This document shows, one piece after another, positions 1 to 9,354 of a DNA stretch of 55,824 nucleotides. Origin of the DNA: Escherichia virus TH28; the sequence record MT446402.1. One strand, 5' to 3'. The notes under the pieces were generated by a model. It did not search any database. It was not told the origin of the DNA and saw nothing but the letters and a program-made list of their open reading frames with translations. The translations under genes and the position numbers were made by a program. Numbering within the stretch: position 1 is the stretch's first letter; the number at the start of each line of letters is the position of its first letter.

Positions 1-53
1 TTCGGGGAGATTGCGATATCAACCTGAACTAAATCAGAAATTGGGATTGACAT
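1..53 (-). CDS. tail sheath protein, N-terminal fragment cut by window edge (copy A)
   Basis: Reverse translation of 1-53 gives MSIPISDLVQVDIAISP, the N-terminus of the 482-aa ORF at 50677..52125. Confidence 0.4.
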   Translation of the reverse strand, partial: MSIPISDLVQVDIAISP

Positions 54-56
54 TTA

Positions 57-575
57 TTAAACCTTTTTGGTTGTGATAAGTGTATTACCATCATAGAAGT
101 TGCCACCAACATATGCGCCAGACATGACTCCGATAGGACTCAAATCTTCACGAATAATATTGAATTGCATTCTAACCGCTTGGCGAACTTCCCAATTGGT
201 TTCCATTTGTATGGTGGCAAGATTTAAAGGTTCTTTACCAAGAGCAGCAAACTTCTCCTGCTTCAATTTGGCTTGAACATCGGGACGGTAAAACGAATTA
301 TCAAACTTGATAAATTCATCACCCTCACGAGAAAACATTATTGCAAATGTCAGAATACGAACACCACGAGTACGGAATATCTCTTCGCCATTAATGGTTA
401 CTATTCTGTTCTCGTCAAAACCTGGGTTGGTGCTTGATAAACATTTGATTGCAGCATACTCACCATGGGGTCGGGGAGCGTTAATCTGCATGTTGTATGT
501 AAATTGTGGGATGCCCACACATACATCTACAATCTCTTTCATGGATTGTAGTTCTTCAAGTCTAATATCCATCAC
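57..575 (-). CDS. head-tail joining / tail completion protein (copy A)
   Basis: 172-aa ORF between capsid genes and sheath; near-identical paralogue at 52128..52646. Confidence 0.4.
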   Translation of the reverse strand: MMDIRLEELQSMKEIVDVCVGIPQFTYNMQINAPRPHGEYAAIKCLSSTNPGFDENRIVTINGEEIFRTRGVRILTFAIMFSREGDEFIKFDNSFYRPDVQAKLKQEKFAALGKEPLNLATIQMETNWEVRQAVRMQFNIIREDLSPIGVMSGAYVGGNFYDGNTLITTKKV

Positions 576-988
576 TTCTCCAGTACACGAGCGGCAATTA
601 CAGAGAAGAATCCGGCATCTTCATAATCGTTTATTGCTATAACTTTATACTGAATGCCATAAACAGTGATGATTGATTTCATCGGCATTTCAGTACGACT
701 ATGAATCTTCATAAATGCTGGCTGACGTTCACCAACATCAGTTGCTTTAAGCTGTTGACCAGCTACACCCGAATCCCTGTCACCATATGCAATGGGAGTA
801 CAGCGGAACTTCTTCGGAGGTGCCCAAGAGTCTTCCACCCAATTATTAAGATTGTCATAATGACCTTCTATATATACTGCAAGGGTAGGACGACCAGTGG
901 TTGTGTATTTGTTGAAAGCTAAGCGTTGATTAATCAAAACTGGAACCCAGGACTTAACCTCGGCCCAGCAAATGCCATGCGCCGCCAT
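572..988 (-). CDS. head-tail connector region protein (copy A)
   Basis: 138-aa ORF in structural block; paralogue at 52643..53059 with divergent N-terminus. Confidence 0.4.
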   Translation of the reverse strand: MAAHGICWAEVKSWVPVLINQRLAFNKYTTTGRPTLAVYIEGHYDNLNNWVEDSWAPPKKFRCTPIAYGDRDSGVAGQQLKATDVGERQPAFMKIHSRTEMPMKSIITVYGIQYKVIAINDYEDAGFFSVIAARVLEK

Positions 989-1323
989 TGCAAATAACGT
1001 TGACCGTACACGGTTGACATGAAATCAGCTTCGATATATGGAATAGTCGAAATGATTCGGTCGCTGAACTCTACCTGTACATCGTCCACATCGGTACGAC
1101 TTACAGGCATAGCTGGCATTGCGGCATCACCAGGCATTATGTCGTCAATTGTTGAAGACCAATGCGCGACAAGTGATGCCATAGCTGGGTCATAAAACCC
1201 ACACCAACGCGATTCGATTGTACCCATCACAAGTTTTGCATCTTCAACTAAGATATCAAAACGACCTTGGGTCATGTCAGCCATAGCCGGATAACGTTTC
1301 ACCAAATCGGTCAGTGTAATCAT
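934..1323 (-). CDS. head-tail connector region protein (copy A)
   Basis: 129-aa ORF; paralogue at 53005..53394. Confidence 0.4.
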   Translation of the reverse strand: MITLTDLVKRYPAMADMTQGRFDILVEDAKLVMGTIESRWCGFYDPAMASLVAHWSSTIDDIMPGDAAMPAMPVSRTDVDDVQVEFSDRIISTIPYIEADFMSTVYGQRYLQWRRMAFAGPRLSPGFQF

Positions 1324-1763
1324 TATGCCAACTTATCGTAGAGAGCCAGTTTAACATCTTCCGGCATACCCTTGACGTCAACCCCATTCTTAACAAGGAT
1401 AGCATCAATATCAGGCATACCAACTTTCACGCGTTCAACAATGGAAAGAGAGCCAGCTTTGATTGCTTCTTTGACCAGGTTGACTTTACGAGTTTTACCA
1501 GTGCTGTAATACTCCTTGATGACCAGAGCTTCTTTACCAGTCTTAACAGAAGCGCCGATATTCTCGTCATCAAGCTGAACTACTTCTTCGCGCAGTTCTT
1601 CAACTTCCGTCATGGACTCCGTAAGAGACTTGTAAACTTCATCGTCGATTTCTACAGTTGCGCCACCAGGAACATGAATAAAGTCCAGCTCAGATTTGCC
1701 AGACTTCCCTTTCTTATAGAAGAAGAATTGAAGGTTGCGGGATTCGTTGTTCTTAATCTGCAT
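1323..1763 (-). CDS. head-tail connector region protein (copy A)
   Basis: 146-aa ORF; paralogue at 53395..53835 with many substitutions. Confidence 0.4.
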   Translation of the reverse strand: MQIKNNESRNLQFFFYKKGKSGKSELDFIHVPGGATVEIDDEVYKSLTESMTEVEELREEVVQLDDENIGASVKTGKEALVIKEYYSTGKTRKVNLVKEAIKAGSLSIVERVKVGMPDIDAILVKNGVDVKGMPEDVKLALYDKLA

Positions 1764-1810
1764 TACTATTTCTCTTAAGTTGTGGGCGAGAATAGTCCCG
1801 CCCTGTTTTA

Positions 1811-2818
1811 TTAGATGCCGGAGTTGATGGAGATTGCTGCCGGGTACATCGTTTGGAAGCCAGCGAAACGACCACGGCCAGGTACTTCATAAATCAGGCC
1901 ATGAAGCTGTACTGGTTGCCAGGTCAGCGGCAGAGGCTCACGCAGACGGAAAGTACGGTTGCCCATTGCGTTGCGGCAAACAACTACGAAGCAATCAGAA
2001 CCAGCATTGCCATGACCTTTGATTGCGTTCAGACCCTTGATTTTGTCGCGGGAGTTGATGAACTGGTTGTTGGCAATGAAGAACTGACCAATCGTCTTAT
2101 CAGACTGTTCAGAACGTGCGGTGTTGAAGATGTACTGCTCATGCTCAACAGGCATCCAGATTTCATCAGGGCGCATGATTTTCAGAGTAGAGGCATACAT
2201 TGCAGACACAGCAGCAGTCAGGTCGGCGATAACTTCGGTCGGAGTCTTCTCGGTCCACTTAGTAGAACCGCCAGCACCCTGAGCAACAGTTGCTTTGGTA
2301 ATGTCTGGGTTTTCGAAGAAGCCAACGAAGCCGTTAGCCTGGTCGCCGTACCATGCAGCAGAGTTTACATACTGCTCGTAACCACGAATCGCAGCATTTG
2401 CTTTACGAGTTTCCAGCGGCAGACCAGTTACAGCAGCAGATGCAACTTCGTCAATGTCGTAGTCGAATGCAGTACCAACAGACTTAACTGTTACGCTGTA
2501 TTCTTTACCAGAAATGCTAGACTTAGGCAGGTCAGTTGCACGGGCGTTAATCACCTGAGCTTTACCAACATGGTTGTAAGAACGGTAGGTCAGAGTGTTT
2601 ACGCCAGCACCGCCAGTGGTGTCCACGCCGAAAGCAGCACGCGCTTCCAGTTCAGGGTACAGGGTGTCGTAAGTTTGAGCTTCAATGAACTCAAGCTGGC
2701 GTTGAAAGAATACTGCGTCGTCATCGTTCAGGACAACAGTGCCAGAATCCTGGATACGAGTGATGGCGTCGTTCAGTTCAAATTCAGAACCGTCAGCCAG
2801 TTTAATCATCTTAGGCAT
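1811..2818 (-). CDS. major capsid protein (copy A)
   Basis: 335-aa ORF downstream of portal, protease/scaffold and decoration genes; size fits an HK97-fold capsid protein; paralogue at 53879..54886. Confidence 0.55.
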   Translation of the reverse strand: MPKMIKLADGSEFELNDAITRIQDSGTVVLNDDDAVFFQRQLEFIEAQTYDTLYPELEARAAFGVDTTGGAGVNTLTYRSYNHVGKAQVINARATDLPKSSISGKEYSVTVKSVGTAFDYDIDEVASAAVTGLPLETRKANAAIRGYEQYVNSAAWYGDQANGFVGFFENPDITKATVAQGAGGSTKWTEKTPTEVIADLTAAVSAMYASTLKIMRPDEIWMPVEHEQYIFNTARSEQSDKTIGQFFIANNQFINSRDKIKGLNAIKGHGNAGSDCFVVVCRNAMGNRTFRLREPLPLTWQPVQLHGLIYEVPGRGRFAGFQTMYPAAISINSGI

Positions 2819-2858
2819 TGTGATGTAATTCCATTATGTTGGCATATTGCCATTAAAT

Positions 2859-3203
2859 TTATGCTGTCCACACTTTAGACAGAGATGTACCTGCAACAGA
2901 CGTCCCGTAGGAGTCCTCAATTGTGCAGTTTACAGAGAAAGTTTTGCCAACCTGGTCGGCTGGAGTGGTTCCAGTAATGTGGGCGCGATTTACCGCGTCA
3001 TTTACCAGAGATAACCCACCAGCCCCTTCGGTTTCCATAGCAAACTTATAAATATAACTTCCATCATCTGCTTCTACCACTGCGGCAGGGTCAGTACGGA
3101 TGTAAAAGTCTACAGCTTCACCAGCAGTCAGTACAGCACCGATAGTGTTGCTCCACCCGCTTGTACCATTTGCAGAGTATTGCGTCTGACCGACGGAAGT
3201 CAA
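2859..3203 (-). CDS. Ig-like (Big_2-type) domain protein, probable capsid decoration (copy A)
   Basis: 114-aa Thr/Val/Ala/Gly-rich beta-type sequence between decoration and capsid genes; counterpart 54931..55182 has a different sequence. Confidence 0.4.
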   Translation of the reverse strand: MTSVGQTQYSANGTSGWSNTIGAVLTAGEAVDFYIRTDPAAVVEADDGSYIYKFAMETEGAGGLSLVNDAVNRAHITGTTPADQVGKTFSVNCTIEDSYGTSVAGTSLSKVWTA

Positions 3204-3220
3204 TTTAGCCTTCGGTGTGG

Positions 3221-3691
3221 TTACGCCTTTGGGAGTACGTTAATCATTACTGGAACAACATCACCAGCAGCCGCCGGATAGCGAAGTGCAGTCAGGTTTG
3301 TAGCAGCAGTGTAGGTGCCATCAACGCCACCAAATTGACCAGTGGCAGATACGCCAATGTTCTTGTCAGTGATTGCAGTAACCAGTTTAACCATGATTGG
3401 GCCAGACAGCATACGCCCAGAGGCCAGCCAGCTTTGATTGCAACAGTGCCGTCACCAGGACGGTTGCGATTCGATGTTAATCTGGCGCATAGTAATGCCC
3501 AGAACAGTGCCGTCGGCTTCAATACCAGGCTTAACCTGATTAGAAGCAGTACCCTGAACAACAGCTAAACCAAAGTTAGCCATTTCAGCTTCAGCATTGA
3601 AAGTCAGGCGCTGAGAGTTAGTGGTAGCCAGGCCATATTGCTCACCCGCATATGCTGCACCAGTATTAATAGACCAATCTTGCTTTGGCAT
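3221..3691 (-). pseudogene. head decoration-like protein, disrupted copy (copy A)
   Basis: Intact 157-aa homologue at 55224..55697; here a 2-nt and a 1-nt deletion relative to copy B create an out-of-frame stretch with an in-frame TGA at 3452-3454. Confidence 0.5.
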
Positions 3692-3700
3692 TGTCTTACC

Positions 3701-4942
3701 TTATAAAGAGTTGAAGCGTTCTAAACGACGTTTGTTAGCTTCTTCGGAAATAGAAACTTTAGGCTTACGAGCTTCTGAATCTTTCTTAGCAGAGAATTGC
3801 ATAGATTGGTTCAGTGCATCGCCCAAAGTAATGGAATCACAATCTTCAAGTGCTGCATCGAAACGAGCAGAGATATAATCTTCACTCTTATCGCTGAAAT
3901 CCTTGTCATGCAATTTATTAACTACAGCCAACTTAACTTCTGAATCGGACTTGCCGGAGAAATCAAGACTGGAGAATTCGTCGCCAAGACGGGCCACATC
4001 AATGAGAAGTGCTGTACGAGCAACAACACGTTTGTCTACCTCAGCCTGAATGGCTTCATCGGATAGTCGTGCAGTTTCTGCATCAGCAAGTTTCTGCTCA
4101 AGGGTGCTAATCTTGTCAAGCGCCGCATCACGCTCTGCTTCAACAACATCAAAGGTTGCCTTATCGACAATGGAAATCTCTTCACCAGAGTCACCAATGC
4201 GAGTAGTCTGAGCACGACCACGAACAACAATTGCAGCATGGTTAGGGATAATACGAACTTTGTCGAAGTCTGCATCGGCATCTTCTGCAACAGCCAGTTC
4301 TGCATTATGCCCCAGGGAGATTTGGTCAACGCCAGAATCAACTAATCGAATGGCTTGCTCGTCATTCAAAACGATTGATGCAGCCAAGAAAGAACCGTCT
4401 GCAATTGGACGACCTTCGATGAACCCTTTCTGGAGTTCTTTGTTGTTCTTGATATTGACGTCATCTTTTGGATGGCCGATAGTAACCGGAATTGAGCGAC
4501 AACCTTCGATGGTTGCTTCATCAAATAATACTTCCGGTTTGGTGCGAACACGGCAAACAGATTCTGGGTCTAGATGTTTTGCAATCTCACCAAGTTCTTT
4601 CGCTTTGTACAGCATAATGCCAGTACGAGCAATGGTGCATTCTGCAATCATTTCGCCAGAGTCGCGTAAACGACGGGTCGTCAGAGTAGCCTTGTCGGTT
4701 AACAAAACTACTTCATTCACAGTATCTTCGTCGTTAAGCTGGACCAGGTTTTGGCTTTGCTTCACTTGCGTTACCCTTTTGGATGTTAGGAGGTTTAGGA
4801 TTTGGCTTACCAAGGTCACAAGTTCCGAACACGCCCGAATGGAACATGACTTCATTTGCAACTTGCGTAGTAATGGTGCCGTTGTTAACCAGTAGGTCAA
4901 CAGCAAATGCCAAATCTTTAGCTCGCTTCGCTTTCTCAACAT
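3701..4942 (-). CDS. prohead protease / scaffold-like protein (true start probably near 4740)
   Basis: Acidic, helix-rich 413-aa ORF directly after portal; position typical of protease-scaffold fusions; overlaps portal ORF so an internal start is likely. Confidence 0.45.
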   Translation of the reverse strand: MLRKRSELKIWHLLLTYWLTTAPLLRKLQMKSCSIRACSELVTLVSQILNLLTSKRVTQVKQSQNLVQLNDEDTVNEVVLLTDKATLTTRRLRDSGEMIAECTIARTGIMLYKAKELGEIAKHLDPESVCRVRTKPEVLFDEATIEGCRSIPVTIGHPKDDVNIKNNKELQKGFIEGRPIADGSFLAASIVLNDEQAIRLVDSGVDQISLGHNAELAVAEDADADFDKVRIIPNHAAIVVRGRAQTTRIGDSGEEISIVDKATFDVVEAERDAALDKISTLEQKLADAETARLSDEAIQAEVDKRVVARTALLIDVARLGDEFSSLDFSGKSDSEVKLAVVNKLHDKDFSDKSEDYISARFDAALEDCDSITLGDALNQSMQFSAKKDSEARKPKVSISEEANKRRLERFNSL

Positions 4943-6050
4943 TGGATTCAGGGAAGATATCTAACCATTCATAGTCATATTCTTCAATGCCAAAGTGCGC
5001 TTGGACAATCTTGTCTACCACATCTAAACGAGGGTCGAACACAGAAGTCTGCAAGCCAGTCAACAAGTCGATATAGTTTACGAGGTCAGATTCGCCCGTA
5101 GCGTTCATACCGTCTGGAGATGCAGAAAGGAAACGTGTAGCCGGAATACCAACTGCGGCAGCAACTATCTTTAAGTATTCCCAAATCAAATCTTTCACAC
5201 CAGATAGTGCAATTGACTTGGTGTCATACTTCTCAGTGTTGTCGAGAATTAGGACATTATAAATACTCTTTGCCAGCTTCATGAGTTTGAAGCGCTTCAT
5301 CACAGCAGCTTCACCTTCCGGTGATGTAAGCAGAGATTGTAAGCCTTCAACAGTTACCACATCAATTGTGGCTTCTTGAGCAAGGCTGGCAGCAGCAGCA
5401 GCGGTTGTATAAAATTGGTCAATCGTTTTCAGCAGTGGAATAAGTACCGAATCAGAATACCACATGTTACGTTGGAATTCGAACAGTGGGAGTTCAGTAC
5501 CCTCGAACCGAAGGAAACGAGTGTAGTGGATATAGCCGGGATACCCAGCCAAAGTGTAAAACTCTGGCAAACCATAATGAGGACTCAAGGGGTCCAGCAC
5601 CATAGTTCCTGCGGCAAATAAGCGTGAGCGGTCAATAACTCTCATGGATTTAATACATCCAGTCTTCAAGTTATCCAGACGCAATGGTGTATCAAGTTTA
5701 CCCGTCCCTTTCAGGTCGAGTAAAACAAATGAAGTCCCATAGAGTCTGGCCCATTGATATGCTTCACGGAACAGTTTGCGGATACGAAGTTTCTTATCTG
5801 CTTTGCGCCCTTCTTCACTATCAATATGTCGCCACTTACGCGTCATGTCTTGAGGAATAACGGTACACACTTTCTGCGATACCCAATCCTCACGGAAGCG
5901 GTTCATTAGTTCGCGATAGTTCGCGTTCTTGTTGGAGAAAGACCACTGGTTAAAAGTAGACTTATCTGCCTGACCGCCCAACCCTGTTACAAGGTTTTCT
6001 AATCCATCCGCAACTTTGACAGAGAGATTGTTTTTCTTTTTGGAAGTCAT
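4734..6050 (-). CDS. portal protein
   Basis: 438-aa ORF immediately downstream of large terminase, upstream of scaffold and capsid genes. Confidence 0.6.
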   Translation of the reverse strand: MTSKKKNNLSVKVADGLENLVTGLGGQADKSTFNQWSFSNKNANYRELMNRFREDWVSQKVCTVIPQDMTRKWRHIDSEEGRKADKKLRIRKLFREAYQWARLYGTSFVLLDLKGTGKLDTPLRLDNLKTGCIKSMRVIDRSRLFAAGTMVLDPLSPHYGLPEFYTLAGYPGYIHYTRFLRFEGTELPLFEFQRNMWYSDSVLIPLLKTIDQFYTTAAAAASLAQEATIDVVTVEGLQSLLTSPEGEAAVMKRFKLMKLAKSIYNVLILDNTEKYDTKSIALSGVKDLIWEYLKIVAAAVGIPATRFLSASPDGMNATGESDLVNYIDLLTGLQTSVFDPRLDVVDKIVQAHFGIEEYDYEWLDIFPESNVEKAKRAKDLAFAVDLLVNNGTITTQVANEVMFHSGVFGTCDLGKPNPKPPNIQKGNASEAKPKPGPA

Positions 6051-6262
6051 TATTTCTTCCTTAGAACAGTTCCATTACCTTTAACAATTTGAATGTTGTC
6101 GGAGGTGTGGAGTCGCAGATTTGACTCGTGCTTTAACTTAACACAGTCACTCTCTGTGGTAGAAACTGCCTCAATCACGCACAGAATGTTCCCTTCCAAA
6201 TCTTGAATCTGGAGGGAGTTGTTCTTGCGGGAGCGGGCATCTAATCGAGTGATTACCGCCAT
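6050..6262 (-). CDS. hypothetical small protein (internal start of ORF 6050..6412)
   Basis: ORF overlaps terminase 3' end; Met at 6262 gives a non-overlapping 70-aa product. Confidence 0.3.
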   Translation of the reverse strand: MAVITRLDARSRKNNSLQIQDLEGNILCVIEAVSTTESDCVKLKHESNLRLHTSDNIQIVKGNGTVLRKK

Positions 6263-6263
6263 A

Positions 6264-8309
6264 TTACATCCATGCCGAGTAGTTGGCACTTGGGCCGGAG
6301 AATTCGATTGCAACCATATCTGAAACGTTATCGACACAATCGTCGTGTCCAGTACCACTACCCAAAGAAGTGAATCCAAGTATTTCACGTCTAACGTGGT
6401 CAATGTGTTCATGACCAGCAGGGAAGAATATCCTCTTTTGAGAGAAATATGGGATTGCGTTAAGGAATCGAGTTACCTTGTCATTACCGTTAATGCCATC
6501 GCGAGGCAGTGGTAAGACTCGGACACTCCCATCTCTAATAAATTGTTGGTTCAAGAACTGTCCAGCAGACTTATCTTCCATGTACAAAGCACGAGGAATG
6601 CAGCCTACATATTTCAAATCCAACTTATTGCATTTATTCCAGAAGTCGATAATAGCAGTCTTGAGTTCTGGAGTTTCAAACTTACCGAGCATGATATCTA
6701 AACAATAAACATCACGCTCTTTAGTCACGCCCCAATGCTTAAGGACCGAATAGTCAGAATAAGACTTGGCAGTAGATGCCGTGTCAGCAGTAATGAAACT
6801 TCTAACTATGCGACTTCTGTCGAAAGCGTCTGGCTCATACTCTTGCCACCAATCTTCTTTAACAAGGCCATGACCTTGGGCAGACGGGTCGCCAGCATAC
6901 TGTGAGTTGTATGTGTATGGGTTGGACTCCTTCATTGCCTCCAAAGATTCTAAACTCTTACGTGAGGGCCACAATGCAGACTTCTCTTCTTTCCTGTTCA
7001 AATCATAGAGAATAGGGATAGCATGAGTGTAGTTCTGCTTCTTAATTAATTTGTCGTACCACTGAGCACTGCCAACACCTTTCTCAATAATCGCTGGGAT
7101 GTTGAGATAATGATATTTATCAGAGGAACCACCACGGAGTATATAGCCAACTAAATCTTGGTCATGAACTCGCTGCATGATGATAACCATTGGAGTACGA
7201 GAGCACTTAATTTGGTTTCCACGAGAATCGGTTATGCACCCATCATTGGCAAGACGGGACATAAAGGTGTTATCAAAGCGGTCGTTGATTTCTGCTCGAA
7301 CTGTGTCAGAGTAGGCATCCTTAGGTTTGATAACGTCATCCACCACAAAGCAACCAGAGTAGTTTGCAACAAGAAGTCCAGCACCTTTACCAGTTAATTT
7401 ACCACCAGTAGGTACTGCGTGCATAACTCCAGCTTTGGTCGTACCCCAGCGTTCAAGGGAACGTTTGTTGGGGTCGATTCTCACCTTTGGGAATATGCGT
7501 TGGAATAGTGGGTCCAGCATTACTGCGCGGATGTAACCGCTCGATTCCAATACAACGTCTTCTGCATAGGAGGTGATGATGTTGTGGCTTGATTCATTGT
7601 GGCAAAATGAATACAGTGGTAGTGCAATACTCATAAGCTGAGTCTTGGAATGTCGTGGTGGAATGGTGACAATTAGTCGGTCAATCTCACCGTCAACAAC
7701 TTTCTGACCTACTTTGAATATTACATCGTGAAAGTCTTGAGACTGGAATGGGAATCCCATTTGAATATGGAACTGCCATTTACCAAATGCTTCAAAACTC
7801 TTCATCAAAACTTTACGGACTTGTTCTGCAACCTTGGCTGGGATTACAGATGGGTCAACGTTGTGTGGGTCATAAAGGATTTTATCGACAAGCTCTTGAG
7901 TATTGTCGTGTTCAGAAGTTGGCTCTTCTAAAGTCGAACCAGCTACACGGTCTGATACCCCAGCTTGGATTCCTTTCTTCAACTCGTCGGCATACGCAGT
8001 TGAATCTTTCTTATCGCCAGAGCGAAGGCGCTCAAGTTGTGCTCGGAAAACGGAACGCAACACAGCATCGTTTTCCAGACCCTGGCCTTCTAACTCTGCT
8101 TGAATTTGTTCTTCATAGCTGTCAACTATCGCAGAGTTTTCTGAAATATATCGACGGAGCAATGGCAAAGATAGAATGCAGAATCTTTCTCTTGAGACTT
8201 TTAATACGTCACCGTAGTGTTTGGCAAGATACGAGGCTACTGTATCATTAAACTCCGGTCCGAGGTCATCAGTCTTTGACATTGATTCGTTCTCTTTGGT
8301 TTTAATCAC
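6264..8309 (-). CDS. terL: terminase large subunit
   Basis: 681 aa; Walker A-like PRHSKT, Walker B-like VVDD, C-terminal acidic nuclease motifs (ADTA, GHDD). Confidence 0.8.
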   Translation of the reverse strand: MIKTKENESMSKTDDLGPEFNDTVASYLAKHYGDVLKVSRERFCILSLPLLRRYISENSAIVDSYEEQIQAELEGQGLENDAVLRSVFRAQLERLRSGDKKDSTAYADELKKGIQAGVSDRVAGSTLEEPTSEHDNTQELVDKILYDPHNVDPSVIPAKVAEQVRKVLMKSFEAFGKWQFHIQMGFPFQSQDFHDVIFKVGQKVVDGEIDRLIVTIPPRHSKTQLMSIALPLYSFCHNESSHNIITSYAEDVVLESSGYIRAVMLDPLFQRIFPKVRIDPNKRSLERWGTTKAGVMHAVPTGGKLTGKGAGLLVANYSGCFVVDDVIKPKDAYSDTVRAEINDRFDNTFMSRLANDGCITDSRGNQIKCSRTPMVIIMQRVHDQDLVGYILRGGSSDKYHYLNIPAIIEKGVGSAQWYDKLIKKQNYTHAIPILYDLNRKEEKSALWPSRKSLESLEAMKESNPYTYNSQYAGDPSAQGHGLVKEDWWQEYEPDAFDRSRIVRSFITADTASTAKSYSDYSVLKHWGVTKERDVYCLDIMLGKFETPELKTAIIDFWNKCNKLDLKYVGCIPRALYMEDKSAGQFLNQQFIRDGSVRVLPLPRDGINGNDKVTRFLNAIPYFSQKRIFFPAGHEHIDHVRREILGFTSLGSGTGHDDCVDNVSDMVAIEFSGPSANYSAWM

Positions 8310-8487
8310 AATCCACTAATGGCTGAGTTTGCACGGGATTGATGCGAATGATGTTGCCCAAACTAGAATCAGCTTTTAAAATGCGCCGATTTAGCGGCAT
8401 GAATGAATCACAGATAGGACATTGTTGGGTGATAAAATCATCCTCTGCCACTTCGTAATGGCAGTTACTACATTGAATTGTGCGCAT
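8302..8487 (-). CDS. zinc-ribbon protein
   Basis: 61 aa with CxxC ... CxxC (CSNC, CPIC). Confidence 0.4.
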   Translation of the reverse strand: MRTIQCSNCHYEVAEDDFITQQCPICDSFMPLNRRILKADSSLGNIIRINPVQTQPLVDCD

Positions 8488-8541
8488 AAGCGACTCCGAA
8501 TAAGATAGGAGGCCAGATAGCCTCCCTATTATGCGTGCCGC

Positions 8542-8871
8542 TTAATATTTAATATCGCTCCAATCCATATCTTTAAAGAAATCTTCAAGATACTGCTGGG
8601 TAGAACCAACAACCACCACAATCTTAAATGGCAGTATCAGCGGCTTTACAGCCGACATTAAATCTTCGCGCCCACGCTTGATACGTTCGACGTTCTTGAT
8701 TGTATTTTCACCACGAGGAAGCATGAAAACGATAACATCCGCACCTGTTTCATTGCGCGTTGCAAGTGCACGGGTGAGATAAGTACCACCGCCAGTTGAA
8801 GTGACGGTGGATTTCAAATATGCAAACTTGACTTTGCGATTATTTACAACAACAGGTGAGGACAGTTTCAT
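8542..8871 (-). CDS. hypothetical protein
   Basis: 109-aa ORF on coding strand; no recognisable motif. Confidence 0.4.
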   Translation of the reverse strand: MKLSSPVVVNNRKVKFAYLKSTVTSTGGGTYLTRALATRNETGADVIVFMLPRGENTIKNVERIKRGREDLMSAVKPLILPFKIVVVVGSTQQYLEDFFKDMDWSDIKY

Positions 8872-8900
8872 TCAGATAGGTTCCAAATAGTTACTAATTA

Positions 8901-9352
8901 CTAAACTCGTCCAGTTGAACCAAACCCACCTTCACCACGAACAGTGGAATTTAAGTGGTCAACTTCAACGAAATGGTGTTGAGTAGCTTTACTAACTTGC
9001 ACTTGACAAACACGTTCGCCTGGTTGAATAACAAAGGCTGTGTCCGAGTCGTTGTGCAGCTTAACCATAAGATTACCGCGATAGTCGGAATCCAGAATGC
9101 CTGTGCAGTTTGCAAGGCGAATACCAGACTTAAAGCCGTGCCAGAACGGCTATGCACTTTGAGTTCGTATCCAATTGGTACTTCGAACTGGAGGCCAGTA
9201 TCGACAACAACAGAAGAGCCGGGATTGATAACAACAGTGGTATCGGATACAGTACAAACATCAGCAGCAGCAGCGCCAGCTGTAGCATACACAGGTAATT
9301 TCGCATTAGGGTGTACTCGTTTAACTGCAACAACTTGGGTCATACAAGACAT
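8901..9352 (-). pseudogene. dut: dUTPase, reading frame broken near 9141-9152
   Basis: N-terminal part (YATAGAAAADV, HSRSG) is in the frame of ORF 8951..9352; C-terminal motifs (GIRLANCTGILDSDYRGN, QPGERVCQ, RGEGGFGSTG) are in another frame ending at stop 8901-8903. Confidence 0.65.
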
Positions 9353-9354
9353 GG

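Noticed and set aside
1784-1812. Hairpin GGGCG...CGCCC followed by TGTTTTATT on the plus strand, resembling an intrinsic terminator
   Set aside because: The U-run is on the plus strand, which carries no genes, and the copy-B counterpart lacks it; on the minus strand it is only a hairpin without a U-tract.
1853-2878. 341-aa plus-strand ORF
   Set aside because: Lies fully antisense to the major capsid gene (1811..2818), is Cys/Arg-rich, and the capsid gene has a conserved paralogue in copy B. The same applies to 54080..54649.
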